Origin: a virus
Virus record (IMG/VR): IMGVR_UViG_3300048058_000013
DNA: 64,000 nt
Reading direction: 5' to 3' (one strand)
Shown: positions 55,088 to 62,300 of the stretch, piece by piece
Layout of the letters: each line of letters begins with the position of its first letter
Numbering within the stretch: the stretch's first letter is position 1
Program-made: the position numbers and the translations under genes
The notes under the pieces: generated by a model
Seen by the model: the letters and a program-made list of their open reading frames with translations, nothing else
Told to the model about the DNA's origin: nothing
The model's database searches: none

Positions 55088-55837
55088 TTAAGTTATCAAT
55101 GTATGAGTTGCCTGCCATCCCGGTGTGATAGTGGCAAGTCTCATGTACTTTTCTAATTGTGATTCTGGAACACCGTTTCGTAGCCATTTCGCACCATCCC
55201 ATCTGAAGCTAGCCTGCTTAAGGGCCTCTTTATGACGCTGGAAGCCCGGATTCTGGAAATCAGGACGCCCTTCGTGCCATGCTTGAATGAGATACTTCGG
55301 CTCATTTATCACTTTCATTAGCTCTAGTAAATCGTGTTTTGCGGCCATCTCACAACATAGTAAAGCATCAAACAAAGCTCGATGCGCTTTGGAGGTGGTA
55401 TTTGGCGTTAGCCCATAATCAAGCGCCAAGTGTTGGAGCCGAGTAGATCCAACCTTACGAACAAACTTGCCATGAGGGAGATCTTTATCAGTACACAGCC
55501 ATGATAATTTGGCGAATTCAGGCCAACGCTTAGTTACAAAACCCTTATCATATTCGGCATTATGGGCCACTATTAACTCAGGCTTGTAACTCTTGACTAA
55601 GGACCAAGGATTGAATTGATTATCATAGCCAAGTTGTGAGGCTTCGCGTGTGATTTGATGCACACTCTGGGCTTCATCTGACCATTTCTCTGTCTGATAT
55701 AGATCAGAATGAAGGGCTAGTAACTGCTGATGAGGTGGATCATATACCGCCTCATAAACGACACACCCTAATTCCACTATTTCATCAGTCTCAACATCGA
55801 GACCCGTAGTTTCAACATCAATTCCCAAGATAATCAT
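55088..55837 (-). CDS. DEDDh 3'-5' exonuclease (DnaQ/PolIII-epsilon-like)
   Basis: IDVETTG, VAHNAEYD, HRALFDA; start reassigned to 55837 (ATGA overlap). Confidence 0.9.
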   Translation of the reverse strand: MIILGIDVETTGLDVETDEIVELGCVVYEAVYDPPHQQLLALHSDLYQTEKWSDEAQSVHQITREASQLGYDNQFNPWSLVKSYKPELIVAHNAEYDKGFVTKRWPEFAKLSWLCTDKDLPHGKFVRKVGSTRLQHLALDYGLTPNTTSKAHRALFDALLCCEMAAKHDLLELMKVINEPKYLIQAWHEGRPDFQNPGFQRHKEALKQASFRWDGAKWLRNGVPESQLEKYMRLATITPGWQATHTLIT

Positions 55838-56211
55838 TCTAACATTTCCTTCGGAATAGGTTCCACCCAGTGTTGAGGGACCCACAAGTGCATTCCATCA
55901 TGAAACTTGATTTTATAATGCTTATGATCACGCTTTGCAACCACTCCAGGTTCTAAATGTTTCTTATGTTCTTTATTAATTACAAAGACGGGGGTACCTT
56001 CGGGTAATTCTGGAATTTGTGTTTTAAAAACTGGAACATGACTGACTACAATGACTTCACGTTCTAGATTCAATTTAGTCCAAAAGATCGAAGCGCACTG
56101 AGTGCAAATAATTGGGATGTATCCTACCTTCTCCCAAGATGACACACCAGATGTATTGGCTGTGCCACAATACGGACACTTAAAATTGTCAGAAACTGAA
56201 TCATTCGACAT
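55834..56211 (-). CDS. Zn-ribbon + SH3/KOW-like small protein
   Basis: CPYC...CTQC followed by G.PVFVI......GVV..RD..HYKIKF.DG..LWVP. Confidence 0.55.
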   Translation of the reverse strand: MSNDSVSDNFKCPYCGTANTSGVSSWEKVGYIPIICTQCASIFWTKLNLEREVIVVSHVPVFKTQIPELPEGTPVFVINKEHKKHLEPGVVAKRDHKHYKIKFHDGMHLWVPQHWVEPIPKEMLE

Positions 56212-56914
56212 CTTGACCCACCTGCCCTATGACCTTCACATCATCGACCGGTGGTTGATCCTCGTCCTTCTTCTCTTCTTGTTTAGGCTGAGCCGGACGT
56301 AAAAGCTTATTCGCTTGGTCTAGTGTAACGTCGAATCTACTTTCCCGTTCGCGCTCTAAGATACCCTGAGCTATAATGAACTCAATTACACCAGAAAACT
56401 TGATTGGAGTTGGTGTATACTTTCGAATACTAGTAATCAACTCAATAAATGACTCGATATCCGATCCCCATGGAGTAGTACGAATCATATTACAAGGATA
56501 ATCCTTAATAACTTCCAGAAGGCTCTTATAATTATCGAAATTAGACTTGGGGCCGATCGACCACCGAATCTCTGCCAACGGATTAACAGACCTAATGAAT
56601 TCTGTTAAAGCTTTCACTTCATCACGAGCACGAGCTTTAGTTAAGCCTAACGAAGCCGTGATATCGAAACCATCGGCAGAAGCTACATCCTGTCCGATAT
56701 CGCGTAGCTTCAGTAAACCAAAGTCAGTGCCACCAAGAGAAGCTATAATCTTATACTTGCTCTTTTTGAGAGTCCGATCAGTGACAAATGGTGCCAATAG
56801 ATCGGATGGAATAATAATTGCTGGACAATTGTTCCTTACGACGAACAAACTAGCAAAAGCTGGATTTGTACGCCGATCTACATTGAGTTCCATACGGGTA
56901 GTAACGTCGAACAT
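56201..56914 (-). CDS. divergent DeoC (deoxyribose-phosphate aldolase)-like TIM-barrel protein
   Basis: Ordered segments AIIIP / KIIASLG / ADGFDI / IRWSI / CNMIRTT / PIKFSG / RFDVT parallel DeoC AVCV.P / VCTVIG / ADEIDMV / KVILE / ADFVKTS / VKASGG / RIGTS. Confidence 0.45.
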   Translation of the reverse strand: MFDVTTRMELNVDRRTNPAFASLFVVRNNCPAIIIPSDLLAPFVTDRTLKKSKYKIIASLGGTDFGLLKLRDIGQDVASADGFDITASLGLTKARARDEVKALTEFIRSVNPLAEIRWSIGPKSNFDNYKSLLEVIKDYPCNMIRTTPWGSDIESFIELITSIRKYTPTPIKFSGVIEFIIAQGILERERESRFDVTLDQANKLLRPAQPKQEEKKDEDQPPVDDVKVIGQVGQDVE

Positions 56915-56923
56915 AATATTCCT

Positions 56924-57475
56924 CTATCGCTTATAAAATAATGGTAACCATTTAATACGATCAACTTCGACTTCACCAGCGTTCAGCTTCCTTAGAAAGA
57001 TAAACATCTCTTCCCATGTATAAAAGAATGTTTGTTCTAGACTAGCTGGCGTGGAAAAGACTGCTGGTGTCCAGGTTGATTGAAGACCATCAGGAATGCA
57101 GAGTAATACTGGTTTATTTTGCTGACCAGCCAGATAAATCTCTTCCCAAGTGCCGCTAGTCCATTTCTTAGGATGATAACAAATGACGAAATCAGCTGCG
57201 GTTACTGATCGGAGACAGAGATCCCGTAGAATCGTGTTGGCTTTGAAGATATCTTCCTTAGTGTATTCAGTTGAGTCACCACGTAGAACTGGTAGATATG
57301 AGCTTGGCTTTGCTCTACAGACTTCAGGGATCCAATCAGGCTTAACTAAAGGATCATATACGAAAATGTCGTATCTCTTGAGGTGTTCAGTTACCCGTTC
57401 CCGCCATCCTCTAGCACCTGGGTCTTGTTCGACTGGTCCAGCGAGGTAAACACGTTTATTCTTTAACAAATCCAT
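56924..57475 (-). CDS. nucleoside 2-deoxyribosyltransferase / N-glycosidase family protein
   Basis: VYLAGP....WR, YDP, D...V..ADFVI, SGTWEE...A....KPV. Confidence 0.8.
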   Translation of the reverse strand: MDLLKNKRVYLAGPVEQDPGARGWRERVTEHLKRYDIFVYDPLVKPDWIPEVCRAKPSSYLPVLRGDSTEYTKEDIFKANTILRDLCLRSVTAADFVICYHPKKWTSGTWEEIYLAGQQNKPVLLCIPDGLQSTWTPAVFSTPASLEQTFFYTWEEMFIFLRKLNAGEVEVDRIKWLPLFYKR

Positions 57476-57506
57476 ACGGCTTTATATACACAAGCCGTAA
57501 GTCTTG

Positions 57507-57692
57507 TTAAGACAACTTCTGCTTATTCTCAGTGGATGGGCCGGGCTTTGGCTTCTGCTTGAATCCTTGTCCAAACCCAAAATTTGGGTACTTCGATTCA
57601 TGCTGATGATACTTAATACCGCCACCATGCGCACCCTTAGCAGTCTTCTTCTGAGGGCCAACGTTGGGCTTCTTTGGTCCGTCCTTAGCCAT
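57507..57692 (-). CDS. small basic low-complexity protein
   Basis: 61 aa, Lys/Gly/Pro-rich; fills gap with short spacers. Confidence 0.45.
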   Translation of the reverse strand: MAKDGPKKPNVGPQKKTAKGAHGGGIKYHQHESKYPNFGFGQGFKQKPKPGPSTENKQKLS

Positions 57693-57694
57693 GA

Positions 57695-58696
57695 TTATCC
57701 CTTCTTGTTACCAAAAGCTTCCAATATTATATTCACCGCGTCAGCTTGATGTAAACGCGAAAAACTATCTACAAACTTATATTTATTGTAACTCGAGCAG
57801 ATTACTATCCTCTGTCGGTCAACCGCATTCAAGGTCTTAGCGGCATGATCATAACTCTCAGCTTCCCGACTAAAACGCTTCAAACGATTCTCATCAGAAA
57901 CATCCGGATTCTTGCCATAATAATGGAGTTTTCCACCTACCGATCCCATATCCAAACCAAAGATGTAAATCTTATCATATCCCATCCATACCGCAACCTG
58001 AAGATTGGCATACGTTGATGAACGGCCGATATAATATCCTTTAACGAGGTCCTTTGAAAACCCTTTCGCGGACAAACTCCGGATTAAAACCTGTTTTGGC
58101 CGACGCACTCGTACTGACGACGCATTTACAACAGTCCCATTATAAGAGTTCCAAATATCCTTATTACGAGCATATTGACTCTGATCACAAAATCCCCAGT
58201 ATGTTGATGGCCAGACACGGGGATCTGGCTTATTAATGCACATAATATCAATCTTATTGTGACCTCTTAATTGTTCTAAAGGTGCTTCACTTATAGAGGG
58301 GCCACAAGCTACCATTATTAAAGCTTTCCCACGCCCAATATCCTTTAATTTAGTGATAGCATCCCTATATTGTTCTAATAATTGTCCGTGCCTACGAGAT
58401 GCTGATTGTCTGTTCTCAGCCAACCTATGAGGAGATACCTTGACAACGCGCCTCTCCGGTGGTTTAATAACGACTTGATTTCTCTTCCAAGGAGATGGCT
58501 TGTGGAATTTTGGAACAGCCTTCTTTACATTCGGATTTGGTAGTGGGGATTGAGGCGATTGATGAACCTTACGGGGGTGAACAGCCTTTACCTGCCCTCG
58601 AGGCACAGCCATTGGTGGTCTATGCGCAACAGGCTTGCTTACCTTAATGTGAACTCTTTGAACCTGAGGTTTCTTAACGGATCTGTAATGGACCAC
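57695..58696 (-). CDS. DUF115/Maf/MptE-like (sialyltransferase-fold) protein with basic N-terminal extension
   Basis: VACGPSI, IMCIN, YWGFCD, SSTYANLQVAVWMGYDKIYIFGLDM. Confidence 0.7.
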   Translation of the reverse strand: MVHYRSVKKPQVQRVHIKVSKPVAHRPPMAVPRGQVKAVHPRKVHQSPQSPLPNPNVKKAVPKFHKPSPWKRNQVVIKPPERRVVKVSPHRLAENRQSASRRHGQLLEQYRDAITKLKDIGRGKALIMVACGPSISEAPLEQLRGHNKIDIMCINKPDPRVWPSTYWGFCDQSQYARNKDIWNSYNGTVVNASSVRVRRPKQVLIRSLSAKGFSKDLVKGYYIGRSSTYANLQVAVWMGYDKIYIFGLDMGSVGGKLHYYGKNPDVSDENRLKRFSREAESYDHAAKTLNAVDRQRIVICSSYNKYKFVDSFSRLHQADAVNIILEAFGNKKG

Positions 58697-58739
58697 ACAT
58701 TATCTTTAACAGATAGTTTCCCCCGATGATTGACACACC

Positions 58740-59129
58740 CTATACTATAGGATTTACTATGCCTTCTTGTTCAGTCGCGATCTTTTGCTTGAGGTTGTTC
58801 AGAACAGTTCGCCGTCGCGAATCTTTGTTCATCTTGGAATAGAGATGCCTAAACACAGTTGTGGTAAGCAGGTTGAAGACCGGCGCACGACCAGGAGTGA
58901 AAGTGAGACGGCCATCCTTAATTTTATCAACAGTCAAGATAAAAGCTTCATGAGCCAATTCGTTATGTTCATCCTCGTTCTGTGGATGAAAGTGAATAGC
59001 TACACCATGACAGATTTTGTAAACCCCTTCAAGGAGGTGAGTCCACGCCACAGGATCTTTAGTCTTAATCCAATTAGTCCAGTTGACTTCGAGTTGCTTG
59101 GAGTCGACATAGAATTTCTTACTTGCCAT
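58740..59129 (-). CDS. short sigma-region-2-like protein (gp55-like)
   Basis: FYVDSKQL..., ELAHEAFI...KI...F.PGRAPVFNLLTTTVFRHL..KMNKD.RR. Confidence 0.55.
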   Translation of the reverse strand: MASKKFYVDSKQLEVNWTNWIKTKDPVAWTHLLEGVYKICHGVAIHFHPQNEDEHNELAHEAFILTVDKIKDGRLTFTPGRAPVFNLLTTTVFRHLYSKMNKDSRRRTVLNNLKQKIATEQEGIVNPIV

Positions 59130-59188
59130 AATTTCCTCTCGTCTAGTCTCAGTATTAAGTCTTAAATACGTCCATTAAGGAACGCACG

Positions 59189-60304
59189 ATGGCTAACCAA
59201 CTCGCACGCCTCTTCCTGCGCGGTTCTCTCATGAATGAGACGGCCAAGCTCGTTTCTCCCGAAGATATGAAGAAGGTTGATTCCCTCATGAAGGAAGCAT
59301 GGAATGATCCTGAGCTTCAGGGGCAGAAGCGCGAGTTCTGTATGGCTCTGAGTCGTACTATTGGTAATGAGTATAAGAGTATCGATGCAGGGATGCAGGA
59401 TTGCCAAATCACTTTTTGGAAGGCATCCCTTCTGGTATTGTTCCACGAATCTAAGCAGTGCGTAAATAAAAATTGCAGGGAACATTATACTACTACCCAA
59501 TCCAAACTGGAAAAGTGTGAAAAGTGTGGCGGGGATCTGGTTCTCAAATGGACTCCAAAGCCTCAGATCGCAGAAGATCCTATCAAAAGGCGGAAATTCT
59601 TTAAGGCAGTTATGTTCAACTATCTGCGACAGATCTTCCGCGAGAATAAGCCTCCTACGATGAAAGAGACCCGTATTGAAGGTGGTCTGGCTCCTGATGT
59701 GGCCCAACGTATCGTCAAGGCCATCCTGGAGAAGATCAGAGAATTCAACTACGAAATCGATAAGGTTGATGACGACCACTATACTATCAACTGTGAAACC
59801 GGATTGATCCCCCTCAAGCTCCTGCAACAGATTAACGACGTCCGGACCGATTTCGAACAACACGGCGTTCAGATTACCCTCGACTGGAAGACGATTACTA
59901 TTATCTCGCTGCTCGAGGTTCCCCCTACTATCAGCTGTAAGATCACTGATAAGATCTACGCTAAGTTTACGAGCTTTGATGGTAATAGCGGTGAAGATTC
60001 TGAAGGTGGATTCCGCGATCATTGTGAACACAAAGTACTCACGAGGATGAGCAAGGTCCAGCAAGATCCTATGGAATTCAGTGAGGCCCTTGATGTCATT
60101 CGAAGCCGCCTTCCCGACGACGCTCAAGAACTGTTCGACGTCATCACCAATACTCCTCAGGACTACACTGAGAAGTTTGGAACCGACAGATTCTATCGGT
60201 CTCATTTGGCACAGTATCTTGGCAAGGAGCCTAAAGAAATTGATTCTATGAAGGAAGTGATCAAGATCCATTGCTTGTCGATGCAACTAGGAATTGAAAG
60301 ATAA
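59189..60304 (+). CDS. sigma70-like factor with inserted zinc ribbon
   Basis: GMQDCQITFWKA (region 2.2-like), CVNKNC...CEKC insertion, FFKAVMFNYLRQIFRE, C-terminal L..IR.RLPDDAQELF...LAQYLG (region 4 HTH-like). Confidence 0.55.
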   Translation: MANQLARLFLRGSLMNETAKLVSPEDMKKVDSLMKEAWNDPELQGQKREFCMALSRTIGNEYKSIDAGMQDCQITFWKASLLVLFHESKQCVNKNCREHYTTTQSKLEKCEKCGGDLVLKWTPKPQIAEDPIKRRKFFKAVMFNYLRQIFRENKPPTMKETRIEGGLAPDVAQRIVKAILEKIREFNYEIDKVDDDHYTINCETGLIPLKLLQQINDVRTDFEQHGVQITLDWKTITIISLLEVPPTISCKITDKIYAKFTSFDGNSGEDSEGGFRDHCEHKVLTRMSKVQQDPMEFSEALDVIRSRLPDDAQELFDVITNTPQDYTEKFGTDRFYRSHLAQYLGKEPKEIDSMKEVIKIHCLSMQLGIER

Positions 60305-61140
60305 TGCAACTGGTGCTGGATAACCGGCAACTGCATCATTTCAGTGAGAGTTATCAAGATATTCTAATAAGATCTGGCCTATTCAATATAACCCGAACAC
60401 GGATGCCAGAATTTGACGCTTATCTTGAGTTAAGAGATAAAGTATATCTAAAATACCGTCGTAGAGACGGGGAGATGGCTTTCATTAAAATCAATGGTCA
60501 TCTAATAGTATTAGATTCACAATTCAAAGACGCAAAATCAATGGCCTTTGCGGAATTCGGGTTATTTAATCAATTTAAACCAAGCCTATATATTAAGTAC
60601 GAAAACAACAAACAACTATCCCAAAAAGTTGGATGTCCAGTCACTCCTTGGGTAATGTTTCCAGCTGGGTGGGATCTAGTTCAGAAATTTGAATGGGGTA
60701 AGATTACTCCAATCAGAACTGCTGTTCTAGCAAGTGGGAAGCATAGTCTTAAAATAATGAAAAGAGTTAAATGGTTTGATAAAGCTCGTGAATTAGATTC
60801 ATTTGATACTAAAGTAGCAATACCAACAGACAAATATTGTCGTTACCTAAAAAAGAGTAAATGGGGTGTCATTTTATCAAGAGGTAATGATAAGAACACA
60901 CGAGAATATGAGTTTATATCGAACTTTCTACCATTAGCATTAAATTATCATCCTGAATATAATTTCCCATTTCATCCAAACCAACATTTCTATTATATGC
61001 GGACTCCCGACGACCTAGAGAAATTAACGAAGGTCGATCCACAACCATACCATAAACGTTCTAAAGAATTGTGGAATACTTATTTCAGACCCGATATGGC
61101 AAGTAAAATGCTACTCAGAATGGCAGGAATTAAAGTTTAA
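60304..61140 (+). CDS. glycosyltransferase-like (GT-B/CgeB-like C-terminal domain) protein
   Basis: Y..YLKKSKWGVIL.RGN.KN.RE.E.....LP resembles the GT1/exostosin-type nucleotide-binding domain. Confidence 0.45.
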   Translation: MQLVLDNRQLHHFSESYQDILIRSGLFNITRTRMPEFDAYLELRDKVYLKYRRRDGEMAFIKINGHLIVLDSQFKDAKSMAFAEFGLFNQFKPSLYIKYENNKQLSQKVGCPVTPWVMFPAGWDLVQKFEWGKITPIRTAVLASGKHSLKIMKRVKWFDKARELDSFDTKVAIPTDKYCRYLKKSKWGVILSRGNDKNTREYEFISNFLPLALNYHPEYNFPFHPNQHFYYMRTPDDLEKLTKVDPQPYHKRSKELWNTYFRPDMASKMLLRMAGIKV

Positions 61141-61744
61141 TCACTCCAATCCCACATGAATAAGACTCATTAGAATCAATAATTTCCCAATGTTTGTATT
61201 GCTTCTTAAGTGGTTCCCACACTTCCGTAACTGAAGCATATGGATTGATTATATCATGGAATGCTACATATTTAGAATGATCTTTAACCTTATTAAAGTC
61301 ATTTCGTACTAATTTCATCGAATGTCTTGCATCAACAAAAGCCAAATCAAAATTCTCATTAAGTTGGATTGTTCGCGAATCACTCTGTCTAAATTCACAA
61401 CCAGAAAAACGCGCCTTATACTTCATATAATCAATTAACCGAGCCTTTCGGTCATATCCGACACTTCGGCGAAACCCAGGATTAGTCGCTCGAAGATAAC
61501 TGTCAGTAGTGAATAATGTACCACCATGAGCTACACCAATTTCTATGTAACTATTAACTTCATGTTCCGCCATAAAAATTAAAAATCGTGCAAACTCACG
61601 TGGGATCTGCCATAGCTGAAGTTTCGGAGGTGGATCTTTCCATCCCATATCGCAATATGGAGATAGAAATTTTGTTAAAAAATCAACCGACTTCAACTTA
61701 CTGCGGTGTTGTAAGAAATAATCATGCAAATCGTAACAACGCAT
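61130..61744 (-). CDS. class I SAM-dependent methyltransferase (Methyltransf_24-like)
   Basis: YIEIGVAHGGT, FDLAFVDARHS...V.NDF, VAFHDI. Confidence 0.85.
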   Translation of the reverse strand: MRCYDLHDYFLQHRSKLKSVDFLTKFLSPYCDMGWKDPPPKLQLWQIPREFARFLIFMAEHEVNSYIEIGVAHGGTLFTTDSYLRATNPGFRRSVGYDRKARLIDYMKYKARFSGCEFRQSDSRTIQLNENFDLAFVDARHSMKLVRNDFNKVKDHSKYVAFHDIINPYASVTEVWEPLKKQYKHWEIIDSNESYSCGIGVIKL

Positions 61745-61746
61745 GT

Positions 61747-62286
61747 TTATCCAGCAGGTTTGTTGCCTTCATAATATCCGCCCGACATCGTTGGACCCAT
61801 CTTAGGTCGATTTATGATAGCACGTGGTGACGGCTGTAGTGGCATTTGTGGTTGTGGACGAATTTGACCACTTTTGCTAGCCGCCAAAACTTTCAACACA
61901 AAATCAACGATCTCTTTAGGGTTCTTTGAATCGTTTGCTACGCTATTCGGAGTTGGGCCAGCAATAGCGCGCTGAAATTCAGACATGTTATTGTGTGAAG
62001 TGTCCCCCAGATACATTCTGTTCGTGCCCAATACGTAGAGATTCCAACCCATAACAGTCTGACCAGTAGCAGGATTGATCTCTTTAACGAATGGTACGAT
62101 TTCGATCTTATTAAGTAATTCAGGAATTCTGTAAGGCAGATCCTGTAGCATTGGAGCATACACTCGGCGCTGGAAATTATCAAACCCCTTCTCTGCAAAA
62201 TACTTGTTAAGCATCCTCTTAACCAATTCGGTGTTCAAACTTTGTTTAACCCGATTTAAGAGTATGTTGTCCTCTGCGATGGCCAT
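61747..62286 (-). CDS. hypothetical protein
   Basis: 179 aa; CAAAAATATTCT motif directly upstream. Confidence 0.6.
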   Translation of the reverse strand: MAIAEDNILLNRVKQSLNTELVKRMLNKYFAEKGFDNFQRRVYAPMLQDLPYRIPELLNKIEIVPFVKEINPATGQTVMGWNLYVLGTNRMYLGDTSHNNMSEFQRAIAGPTPNSVANDSKNPKEIVDFVLKVLAASKSGQIRPQPQMPLQPSPRAIINRPKMGPTMSGGYYEGNKPAG

Positions 62287-62300
62287 AGAATATTTTTGAG

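Noticed and set aside
59162-60286. 374-aa minus-strand ORF overlapping the sigma-like gene
   Set aside because: The plus-strand ORF has sigma/Zn-ribbon features and is coupled to the next plus-strand gene; the minus ORF has no recognisable motifs and is a shadow.
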